DNA of 64,000 nucleotides, taken from assembly GCA_963700725.1 (NCBI GenBank), contig CAVOYS010000008.1, positions 513,047-577,046 on the forward strand, written 5' to 3'. This document shows positions 56,334 to 64,000 of the stretch, piece by piece; the first letter of the stretch is position 1, and each line of letters opens with the position of its first letter. The notes below the pieces were generated by a model. The model saw nothing but the letters and a program-made list of their open reading frames with translations, was not told where the DNA came from and searched no databases. This DNA is from an uncultured Chloroflexia bacterium. GTDB taxonomy: Bacteria > Chloroflexota > Anaerolineae > Promineifilales > Promineifilaceae. The translations under genes were made by a program, and so were the position numbers.

Positions 56334-56578
56334 ACCAGGCCTGTAAGCAGCTTAGAAAAATAAGTGTAGAACTTTCGCATGGCGCTGAGTGTGATCTTTT
56401 ACACGCTACCAGAAGCCAGCTTGTACCTTGAATCAAGTCGTACGAGAGTTTTCTTTCGGTAAGATATTAGTAGCCTGCAATACTGACGGAGCAGTTTCAG
56501 TTCACTCTGCAGGGCACAGGCCTCGATAATCCGCTGTAAATCGCAGCGATAATATTAGCGGATAGGAGGGGGGGATCG

Positions 56579-57553
56579 CTATTCGGGATCGAAACCGGCT
56601 TGCGCGAGCCGTGGGTCCAGCGCATCCCTGAGTCCATCTCCCAACAGATTAAAGGCGAGAACCGTGAGCATAATGGCCAAGCCTGGAAAAAAGACGAGAT
56701 GAGGTGCGCTAAAGACCTGGTTGCGCTCGCTGGCTAACATGGAACCCCACTCGGGTTGGGGAGGTTGGGCGCCAAGGCCGATGAATGATAAGGCGGCCGT
56801 ATCCAATATGGCTGTGGCGATGCCCAGGGTGCCGATGACAATGAGGGGGGGCAACGAATTAGGCAAAATTCGACCCAGGAGGATCTGCCTATGGCTGGCC
56901 CCTAGCGCTCTAGAGGCCTCAACATATGATTGCTCTCGAACATACAGAACACTGGATCGTACAACTCGGGCATAGGCCGGGATGGATACGATGGCGATAG
57001 CTAACATCGCATTTGTAAGACCTGGACCCAAAACGCTAACAATGGCGATGGCCAGGATCAGGAACGGAAAGGCCAAAACCACATCCAGTATCCGCATGAT
57101 TATGTTGCCTATCCAACCACCTGAATATCCAGCCACTGACCCCAAGACGGTTCCAGTGATAATGGCGAAGCCAACGACCACGAATCCAACTGTTAGTGAA
57201 ATACGTGCTCCATAAATAATACGGCTGAAGACATCCCGGGCATTGCCGTCGAGACCCATAATATGTTGGGGCTTATCTTCTGGACAGCCTAACAAATGAA
57301 TGCATGGGGGATCCCTTCTGGTGGTATTAGGCTCGCCAATAAAATCTTCAGTCGGACTATAAGGAGCTACAAAATCAGCAAATATGGCGCCGAAAACCAG
57401 TATTATCAGAATCACTCCACCGATAATTGCTGATTTTTGCCTGAAGAACCTCCGAAGAGTCAGACGCCAAAGGCTATTCGATTTAAAGCTACCAATTGTG
57501 CCTTCTAAGGGATCGTCAATGGTGTCGACGGGGAGTTCGGTGACGGATGACAT
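56579..57553 (-). CDS. Peptide/nickel-type ABC transporter permease (DppC/OppC-like)
   Basis: BPD_transp_1 EAA loop YVEASRALGASHRQILLGRILPNSLPPLIV. Six TM segments. Confidence 0.9.
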   Translation of the reverse strand: MSSVTELPVDTIDDPLEGTIGSFKSNSLWRLTLRRFFRQKSAIIGGVILIILVFGAIFADFVAPYSPTEDFIGEPNTTRRDPPCIHLLGCPEDKPQHIMGLDGNARDVFSRIIYGARISLTVGFVVVGFAIITGTVLGSVAGYSGGWIGNIIMRILDVVLAFPFLILAIAIVSVLGPGLTNAMLAIAIVSIPAYARVVRSSVLYVREQSYVEASRALGASHRQILLGRILPNSLPPLIVIGTLGIATAILDTAALSFIGLGAQPPQPEWGSMLASERNQVFSAPHLVFFPGLAIMLTVLAFNLLGDGLRDALDPRLAQAGFDPE

Positions 57554-57574
57554 CGTAGTTAGTTACTAAGAGAT

Positions 57575-58654
57575 TTAATCAAGCCTAACGCGAGGATCAA
57601 GAATGCCGTATGAAAGATCCACCAACAGGTTTAGTGCGACAAAGCCAATGGCAATCACAATGACAAAGCCCTGTATGATCGGAAAATCTCGAGCGGTTAT
57701 AGCTTCATACATGGTCCGGCCGACACCCGCCAAACCAAAAACAGTCTCGGTTAATACAGCGCCGCTCAATATCAAGCCAAGTTGAAGACCGATGATAGTG
57801 ACTACTGGAAGCAAGGCATTTCGCCAGGCATGTTTTAGCACAACTTTTCTGTGTTTAAGCCCCTTTGCCTTGGCCGTGCGAATGTAATCCTGTCCCAATA
57901 CTTCCAGCATGGCGGACCGAGTCATCCGCGCGATAATAGCCATGGAGATGGTGCCTAAGGCGATGGCCGGAAGAATCATGTGGCGTACAGCATCCCAGGT
58001 GGTCGTCCAATGAAAGCCCAGGATACCATTCACGATGTACATATTTGAGATAAAGGTCAAAACAAGATATTTGATACCACTCGCAGGGACCTCCCAGCCA
58101 TATACTTCATAAAAGGGAATGGGAATGACCCCGGCCGATAAACGACCGGTCGGGGGGAGCTGAAGCGGTGTATCCTTCAGCAACAAGGCAAATACATAGG
58201 CCAACATGAGACCAAGCCAAAAAACCGGCATAGAAACACCAATATTGGCGATCACCATGGTGCCCACATCAGTGGCTGAATTTCTTTTGAGTGCTGAAAT
58301 GATCCCCAGAGGTATGCCGATAATTACGGCAAAAGTGAGGGCCATGAGACCTAATTCCACTGTTAGAGGAAGACGTTCAATGAGAATCGTGGTGATAGGT
58401 CGTTTGAATCGTATCGACTCGCCAAAATCGCCTTGGGCAAGATCCTTAAGATAGATGCCAAACTGTACAGGAATTGGCTTGTCCAAACCTTTTTCGGCAA
58501 AAAAACGTTCACAAATCTCCGGCGTTGCTCTTTCGCCCAGTATCGCGGTACATGGGTCGCCAGGTATGGCACGCACTAGGAAAAAAGTTACCATTAGCAC
58601 ACCAAAAACCACCGGAATGGCCGAAAGAACGCGTCGGATCGAGAATTGAATCAT
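57575..58654 (-). CDS. Peptide/nickel-type ABC transporter permease (DppB/OppB-like)
   Basis: N-terminus IRRVLSAIPVVFGVLMVTFFL and EAA loop DYIRTAKAKGLKHRKVVLKHAWRNALLPVVT. Confidence 0.9.
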   Translation of the reverse strand: MIQFSIRRVLSAIPVVFGVLMVTFFLVRAIPGDPCTAILGERATPEICERFFAEKGLDKPIPVQFGIYLKDLAQGDFGESIRFKRPITTILIERLPLTVELGLMALTFAVIIGIPLGIISALKRNSATDVGTMVIANIGVSMPVFWLGLMLAYVFALLLKDTPLQLPPTGRLSAGVIPIPFYEVYGWEVPASGIKYLVLTFISNMYIVNGILGFHWTTTWDAVRHMILPAIALGTISMAIIARMTRSAMLEVLGQDYIRTAKAKGLKHRKVVLKHAWRNALLPVVTIIGLQLGLILSGAVLTETVFGLAGVGRTMYEAITARDFPIIQGFVIVIAIGFVALNLLVDLSYGILDPRVRLD

Positions 58655-58713
58655 TGAATTATTATGATGACGAGATAGTCAACTACCAATACAAGGCAAA
58701 TTAAAATAACACG

Positions 58714-58747
58714 ACGGGATGGCTTGTTACCATACAAACCATCCCGT
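58714..58747 (-). terminator. Intercistronic hairpin (attenuator/terminator candidate) between the binding-protein and permease genes
   Basis: 9-bp stem ACGGGATGG...CCATCCCGT with a 16-nt loop. On the minus strand it is followed by cgtgTTATTTT. The T-tract is weak. Confidence 0.4.
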
Positions 58748-58777
58748 GTGACTTTTATGAGACTAGCTGACTAAAGA

Positions 58778-60553
58778 TTACTCTTCAGCGTTTAGGAAGC
58801 CACCCCAGAGGGCGCCCCAATAGGCGAACTGACCGGCGTTTCCGACATGGAGTGGATTGGCCGCATCCCACTGAATTCCGTAGGAGACGATGACATCATT
58901 CGCGTCGAGGGTTGAACCGTCATGGAAAAGGACGCCTTCGCGAAGGTGGCAAGTCCAAACAGTCAAATCTTCGTTAGGATCGCATGAAGTTGCCAGAGCA
59001 GGTTCAACCGCAGTTCCGGCGATTTCGTATGCAAGGAGGGCTTGAACAATCTGTTCACATGCCCGGAGCGATTCGCCGTCGGACTCATCGCCACAGTACA
59101 GGCTGATCGGTTCGGCATTTTGCATCCAGACGAAGGTGTCTCGCCCACCCGGATCCATGACCGCGAAGTATTCGTTGCCTAACGGGCTGGAGTGAGCACC
59201 ATCGACGTCGGCCAGGTAAGCCGTGGCTGAACCACCATGGGAGATTGGCACCATGGGCACATGGGTTCTAATTGCGTTATTGGCTTCAATATAGAATGGC
59301 TCTCGTTCGGCATCACTTCCTAAGGCAGCCGCTGCTGCTAAAGCAGTTGTGATATCGTCAAACTTATTGCCGAATTGATCTGTTGCTCCGCCGCCGAAGT
59401 GGTAATCAAGGAAGTTTGTCTGATCAGGATAATCTGCGCCCCAACCGAGAAGATGCAGACCTTCCAATTCACCGGCATCGGATGCCTGGATAAAGGCGCC
59501 TGATTCCATCACTTCGATTTCCGCATTAATATTGCAGTTCTCTGCCAACTGACTCTGTATGTCCACAACGATTGGTGCAGGTTCTGCCACGTAACTTCGG
59601 GCTACGTCGCGATAATTGAAAACTGTATCGAAGCCATCTGGGAATCCGGCTTCGACTAATAGGGCTTTGCCTGCATCCGGGTTGAATTCATACCACGAGT
59701 CACCAACACAAGCGTTGGGTATGGCGCAGGGTGAGAAGTGGGAGGCCACTTCTGAACCGGCCGGGTAGAAGTTGTCGACGATGCGATCACGGTCGATGCA
59801 TTGGGCAACTGCCTGTCGAACTAACTCGTTATCAAAGGGCGGAAAGACGTTATTCATACCAATGTACATGATATTCAGCGCGGGACGCACCTTCAGTTGC
59901 AGATTCGGATCATTGGCGATGGTGTCGAAATCATCCGGAGTCGGATTGTCGATACCATCTACGTTACCTGACTGAAGATCCAAAAGACGGGCAGCGCCTT
60001 CTGTAGCCCAACGGAATACCAGCGTATCGGCAATGGCCGGCTCACCCCAATAATCTTCGAAGCGCGACATGATCAGGCTGTCACCACGATTCCAGGTGTC
60101 CAATTTATAGGGACCTGTTCCGATGGGATTATCCAGCGGGCTACCACCATTCATCTCGAGGTGCTCAGCGGGCTGTATGCCAAAGGCCGTGAAGGCTGCT
60201 TTTGAGGGGAAGGCCGGGTCTGATACACACATGGTGAACTGAACCGTGTTTTCGTCCACGGCGGCTATCTCTTTAAACAAACCACCGTAATCACAGTTTT
60301 CTGCGGTGATAACCATTGGCTCGAAGGCCATTGGTTCTTCCATCGGTTCTTCCGTCGGCTCTTCCATCGGTTCTTCAGTGGGCTCTTCGGCCGGCACCGC
60401 GGTCGGTTCTTCGGCCGGCACTTCGGTCGGCACTTCTGTCGGCTCTGCAGCCGGAACCTCGGTGGCGTCATCGGCCGAACTGCCACAGGCAACCAAAAGG
60501 AGGCCCAATGTCAGAAGACCAACGATGAGCAAAAGGCGTTTCTTCTTCATCAT
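58778..60553 (-). CDS. ABC transporter substrate-binding lipoprotein, family 5 (peptide/nickel/oligosaccharide type) with repetitive Pro/Glu/Thr linker
   Basis: Lipobox LLLVACGSS, then a linker of about 48 aa, then an SBP_bac_5-type body (PYKLDTWNRGDSLIMSRFEDYWG...). Confidence 0.9.
   Translation of the reverse strand: MMKKKRLLLIVGLLTLGLLLVACGSSADDATEVPAAEPTEVPTEVPAEEPTAVPAEEPTEEPMEEPTEEPMEEPMAFEPMVITAENCDYGGLFKEIAAVDENTVQFTMCVSDPAFPSKAAFTAFGIQPAEHLEMNGGSPLDNPIGTGPYKLDTWNRGDSLIMSRFEDYWGEPAIADTLVFRWATEGAARLLDLQSGNVDGIDNPTPDDFDTIANDPNLQLKVRPALNIMYIGMNNVFPPFDNELVRQAVAQCIDRDRIVDNFYPAGSEVASHFSPCAIPNACVGDSWYEFNPDAGKALLVEAGFPDGFDTVFNYRDVARSYVAEPAPIVVDIQSQLAENCNINAEIEVMESGAFIQASDAGELEGLHLLGWGADYPDQTNFLDYHFGGGATDQFGNKFDDITTALAAAAALGSDAEREPFYIEANNAIRTHVPMVPISHGGSATAYLADVDGAHSSPLGNEYFAVMDPGGRDTFVWMQNAEPISLYCGDESDGESLRACEQIVQALLAYEIAGTAVEPALATSCDPNEDLTVWTCHLREGVLFHDGSTLDANDVIVSYGIQWDAANPLHVGNAGQFAYWGALWGGFLNAEE
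60320..60463 (-). repeat. Imperfect in-frame tandem repeat encoding (E/T)EP(T/M)/EVPA units
   Basis: Protein: TEVPAAEPTEVPTEVPAEEPTAVPAEEPTEEPMEEPTEEPMEEPMAFEP. The DNA shows reiterated ggttcttc(c/g)(a/g)tcgg(c/t)tcttc units. Confidence 0.8.
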
Positions 60554-60838
60554 CTCTTCTCCTATATCTGAGTAAGGTAAATAAAAGTGGAACTTCGTCG
60601 CGCCGTTAGCGCGAGGCTAATGGTAGCATGGGTCCGGGGGTAGTGCAATAGTCAGGTGTCCAGGATAACAGATTAGAAGCCAAAGATGGCCGAAAAATCC
60701 AAGTTCTAAAATGCGGGGGTGTATATATTATTACAGAAAGAAACCTGTGACTTGGTCTGGGTATGGGGGTTATTATTTGGGCTTCGCGCGTTATCTATAA
60801 GGAAGGAGGGCGCTCCAATTCCATTCACGATCCCGAAG

Positions 60839-60866
60839 TTCAAATTTGCATTTGCTAAGGTATAAT
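60839..60866 (+). promoter_or_regulatory. Candidate promoter giving a leaderless polX mRNA
   Basis: TTCAAA-N16-TATAAT. The TATAAT ends 7 nt before the polX ATG, and there is no Shine-Dalgarno sequence in between. Confidence 0.35.
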
Positions 60867-60873
60867 CAGTTGC

Positions 60874-62601
60874 ATGAACAATCGCGAGATTGCAGAGACA
60901 TTTGAAAAAGTGGCCGATATGCTGGCGATCCGGGGTGATCAAATCCATCGCATCGTAGCTTATCGGCGTGCGGCTGAAAATATCCGCGAGTTAAACAGGG
61001 ATCTAAATACTATTCTCTCTGAAGGCAACTTAACCTCAATTCCTGGCATTGGGGCGACGTTAGCCGAGAAGATTGAAGAGATGCTGACCACTGGTCACCT
61101 CGCTTTTTACGATCGGCTGGCCGAGGAGATCCCGCCCGAATTGGTACAGATGCTCAAAGTGGAAGGCTTAGGGCCCAAGCGCGTGAAACAAATTTATGAT
61201 TCTATGGGCATAACCGATCTGGACCAGCTTTCCAAGGCAGCCCAAGAAGGCGGCCTGCGGCAGTTGCCGGGAATGGGAGCAAAATCAGAAGTAAGAATTA
61301 TTGCCGGGATCGAGGCGTTGGCACGACATGGAGATAGCCGGACCCCACTTGGTGTCGCCTGGCCGGTGGCTAATCAAATGGTGGAACAGTTGAGGGAATT
61401 GGCCGGTGTAGAGCGGGTGGATGTGGCCGGTTCCCTTCGCCGGATGAGAGAATCTATCGGGGATATCGACATCTTGGTCGCGGCCGATGATGCAGAGCCG
61501 GTAATGGAATTCTTTTGTGGGATGGAAAATGTCGAAACGGTCCTGGGAAGGGGTCCAACGAAGAGTAGCGTTAATTTGGTTAGTGGTCTCCAAATTGATC
61601 TCCGCGTGTTACCGGCAGCCCGCTGGGGTACGTTGTTATCCTACTTTACCGGAAGCAAGTCCCACAATGTACGGCTTAGGGAACTGGCAATTAAACAAGG
61701 ATTAAGCCTTAATGAGTATTCGTTTACACCTCAGGATGGCCAGGCAGATATCCTTTGTGATACCGAAGAAGCGGTTTACGCGACGCTTGGGCTGCCATAT
61801 ATTCCGCCGACAATTCGTGAAGATAAGGGTGAAATAGAAGCTGCTCTTAAGGGAGAATTACCAGACCTGGTGCAAGTGGGGGACATCCGCAGCGATTTGC
61901 ATATGCACTCAACCTGGTCCGATGGGAAAATGACGATCAAGGAGATGGCCAGGGCAGCCAGTCAAAGAGGCTTGAGTCATATCGTCATCGCTGATCATTC
62001 GGCTAGCCTGGGCATTGCCAATGGTCTAACTATCGAACGGCTACAGGATCAGGCTGCAGAAATTCGATCTCTTGATGATGAATATGGTCCAAATTTACGA
62101 ATTCTGCATGGGACGGAGATGGAAATTCGTGCCAGCGGGGAACTTGATTTCCCTGACGAGATATTAGCCTCCTTGGACTTTGTTATCGCCAGCCTTCATG
62201 TTGGTTTACGACAACCCAGAGAACAGATCATGGAGCGGCTCCTTTGTGCCGTAAACAATCCACATGTCGATATGATCGCCCATCCAACGGGCCGCCTGAT
62301 TCCCGATAGGCCAGGCGCTGATATAGATATGGAACTGCTTATCCAGCGGGCAGCCGAAACCGACACAATTCTAGAGATCAATGCAAATCCCCAGCGTCTT
62401 GACCTTCAGGCCAAGGACGTGCGCCGGGCAATCGAGCTCGGGGCAAAAGTCGCCATAAACACAGATGCTCACCATGCCGATCATTTCCAATTTATACATT
62501 TTGGGGTGGCCACGGCCCAGCGAGGTTGGGCTACAGCAGCGGATGTCGTAAATACCTGGAGTGCTGACAAATTAATGGCATTTGTCAAGAACAAATCATA
62601 G
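60874..62601 (+). CDS. polX: Family X DNA polymerase with C-terminal PHP (3'-5' exonuclease/phosphoesterase) domain
   Basis: N-terminal NREIAETFEKVADMLAIRGDQIHRIVAYRRAAENI (Pol-beta 8-kDa/HhH). GSLRRMRESIGDIDILV catalytic Asp pair. PHP block DLHMHSTWSDG. Confidence 0.9.
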   Translation: MNNREIAETFEKVADMLAIRGDQIHRIVAYRRAAENIRELNRDLNTILSEGNLTSIPGIGATLAEKIEEMLTTGHLAFYDRLAEEIPPELVQMLKVEGLGPKRVKQIYDSMGITDLDQLSKAAQEGGLRQLPGMGAKSEVRIIAGIEALARHGDSRTPLGVAWPVANQMVEQLRELAGVERVDVAGSLRRMRESIGDIDILVAADDAEPVMEFFCGMENVETVLGRGPTKSSVNLVSGLQIDLRVLPAARWGTLLSYFTGSKSHNVRLRELAIKQGLSLNEYSFTPQDGQADILCDTEEAVYATLGLPYIPPTIREDKGEIEAALKGELPDLVQVGDIRSDLHMHSTWSDGKMTIKEMARAASQRGLSHIVIADHSASLGIANGLTIERLQDQAAEIRSLDDEYGPNLRILHGTEMEIRASGELDFPDEILASLDFVIASLHVGLRQPREQIMERLLCAVNNPHVDMIAHPTGRLIPDRPGADIDMELLIQRAAETDTILEINANPQRLDLQAKDVRRAIELGAKVAINTDAHHADHFQFIHFGVATAQRGWATAADVVNTWSADKLMAFVKNKS

Positions 62602-62648
62602 AATGAGGCTGGCGTAAGCTATTCTGACTGGCCGAATCGGAAGGAAGT

Positions 62649-63902
62649 ATGAGTACTGGTACGACAAGCATATTTAAGAGCATATTCCATGGCTTAGGAG
62701 ATCAAGCTCTCGACACCTTTCGCGAATTGGCCGAGACGCATACGTACCCCCCTCAAACGATCTTGTGCCACCAGGGTGAGGTTGAACATACCTTTTACGT
62801 GTTGGTTGAAGGAAGGGTCGCGATATCTCAGAAGCTCGATGATGGGGACGAACGATTATTATCCATCAGGGGCCCTAGGGAATATTTTGGCGAGCTGGGC
62901 TTGCTTGATGACACCCCGCGGATGGCCAGTTGTATCGCTATTACCTCGGTAACCGTTTTGGAGATAACAGAGGAAGTTTTTCAAACGGTTCTTGAGAGTA
63001 GTCCCGCGGTTGCATATGCGATGACCCGCCATGTGGTGGAGATGCTGCGGAGCACTGATAAATTGGCTATCGACGATTTAACCGCCAAGAATCAGGAGCT
63101 TCGCGAGGCTTACCAAGATCTTCAAGCGGCCCAGGCGGAAATCGTAGAAAAAGAGAGGTTAGAACGAGAGCTGGAAATCGCAGCCAGTGTGCAGAGAAGT
63201 CTTCTACCAGGTGCGCTTCCCAAGTACCCGGATCTGACATTGGCCGCATTTCTGAAACCTGCCCGGCAGGTGGGAGGCGATTTTTATGATGCCATCGCTT
63301 TAGACGATGAACATATCGGTCTCGTCTTGGCCGATGTGGCCGATAAAAGTGTTCAAGCCGCCTTATTTATGGCAGTGGCCAGGACCTTGTTCATGGTTGA
63401 GGGTCGACGATCATTAAGCCCGTCGGAAGTGGCCCTCGCCGTTCACCGGGGGGTCATGGAAGTGTCGCCTTCGGCTGATATATTCGTAACCGCATTCTAT
63501 GGTGTCTTCCACCGGCCGACCTGCCTGCTGACCTATGTTATTGCCGGTCATGAACGGCCGCTGTTGATTCGTCCTAGTGACGGTGTGTACGAGCTCGCCG
63601 GAAAGGGTCGCTTTTTAGGCATGTTAGACCCGCTTGAACTTAAGGAAGAAACATTTCAATTAAGACCGGGTGACCGGTTATTGATCTTTAGCGACGGCGT
63701 ACCAGATAGCACCAATGGTCGAGGCCAACAGTATGGATACGAACGCCTGCTTAAGTTTCTCAGGGAACATGAGAACCTAACGGCCGTTGATCTGGTAGAA
63801 CGATTGGCGAGGGATGTTACTCACTGGTCTGGTAGTTCACCGGCCTTTGATGACCTCACCTTACTGGCCCTAGAGCTAACCGTAAAAAATGGCAAGATAT
63901 AG
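62649..63902 (+). CDS. cNMP-binding domain fused to a PP2C/SpoIIE-type serine phosphatase
   Basis: The N-terminal half has FYVLVEGRVAI ... YFGELGLLDDTPRMASCIA. The C-terminal half has ASVQRSLLPGALPKYPDL..ARQVGGDFYDAI ... VLADVADKSVQAALFMA ... LLIFSDGV ... DDLTLLAL. Confidence 0.85.
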   Translation: MSTGTTSIFKSIFHGLGDQALDTFRELAETHTYPPQTILCHQGEVEHTFYVLVEGRVAISQKLDDGDERLLSIRGPREYFGELGLLDDTPRMASCIAITSVTVLEITEEVFQTVLESSPAVAYAMTRHVVEMLRSTDKLAIDDLTAKNQELREAYQDLQAAQAEIVEKERLERELEIAASVQRSLLPGALPKYPDLTLAAFLKPARQVGGDFYDAIALDDEHIGLVLADVADKSVQAALFMAVARTLFMVEGRRSLSPSEVALAVHRGVMEVSPSADIFVTAFYGVFHRPTCLLTYVIAGHERPLLIRPSDGVYELAGKGRFLGMLDPLELKEETFQLRPGDRLLIFSDGVPDSTNGRGQQYGYERLLKFLREHENLTAVDLVERLARDVTHWSGSSPAFDDLTLLALELTVKNGKI

Positions 63903-64000
63903 AAGACCACCTGATCCGCGAAAGCCAGGATCTGAAGACACTTGGGATAAGCCATCTGATCCCGTTCGGGTAAAGCAGCCGATTCCCTGGTTATGGTTGG
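63889..64000 (+). CDS. Possible 5' end of a downstream gene (partial, runs off the right edge)
   Basis: ATG at 63889 overlaps the upstream stop by 14 nt. The frame is open to the window end (MARYRRPPDPRKPGSEDTWDKPSDPVRVKQPIPWLWL...). No family signal is visible. Confidence 0.25.
   Translation, partial: MARYRRPPDPRKPGSEDTWDKPSDPVRVKQPIPWLWL

Noticed and set aside
60265-60575. Three ORFs (75, 89 and 70 aa) with SVGSS/ALRP/RPK repeats
   Set aside because: They are alternative-frame readings of the tandem repeat that encodes the Pro/Glu/Thr linker of the binding lipoprotein.
1-64000. Search for mobile elements, CRISPR arrays, tRNA/rRNA genes and recognisable defence systems
   Set aside because: No ORF shows transposase, integrase or recombinase motifs. 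I noticed no direct-repeat/spacer arrays and no rRNA-like or cloverleaf-capable segments. None of the ORFs showed restriction-modification, toxin-antitoxin, CBASS, retron or similar domain signatures that I could recognise by eye. A profile search could still reveal something I missed.

Overview
64-kb bacterial chromosomal window. GC looks roughly 45-50 % overall by eye but is clearly mosaic. GTG/TTG starts are frequent. There are several lipoprotein signals and Pro/Thr/Glu-rich linkers, and no outer-membrane export genes. This fits a monoderm-type lineage such as Chloroflexota, but I cannot verify taxonomy without a search.

Left half (about 3-33 kb): one ~30-kb, 21-gene surface-glycan cluster, entirely on the + strand. 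It contains:
- a WbaP-type priming transferase;
- seven GT4 genes (one frameshifted), two GT2 genes and a GT-C/PMT_2-like protein;
- a Wzm/Wzt ABC exporter;
- two Wzy_C (O-antigen ligase/polymerase-like) proteins, one fused to TPR repeats;
- a Wzc-type tyrosine autokinase;
- a hexapeptide acyltransferase, an SDR epimerase and a sulfotransferase-like protein;
- two paralogous BNR/Asp-box propeller proteins with C-terminal membrane anchors.
I recognised no Wzx flippase. This hybrid cluster is my best candidate for an undescribed system, possibly an ABC-exported glycan ligated to protein or wall acceptors.

Left edge: a CapA-like gene that is missing from the ORF track, overlapping a VanY/M15 peptidase.

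Right half, housekeeping:
- a minus-strand run: sppA, queF, S8 protease, MobA-like NTase, alaX, degenerate MBL, Crp, PRTase, NTP_transf_5;
- a TPP riboswitch driving thiamine pyrophosphokinase plus an orphan thiamine-binding protein;
- rlmN;
- a complete SUF locus: sufR and a DUF59 gene divergent from sufCBD-sufSU-Rieske, with sufC interrupted by a +1 frameshift;
- gyrA followed by an N-terminally extended cold-shock-domain protein;
- a peptide-type ABC importer without ATPase genes;
- polX and a cNMP-binding/PP2C phosphatase.

I saw no rRNA, tRNA, CRISPR array, transposase or integrase.
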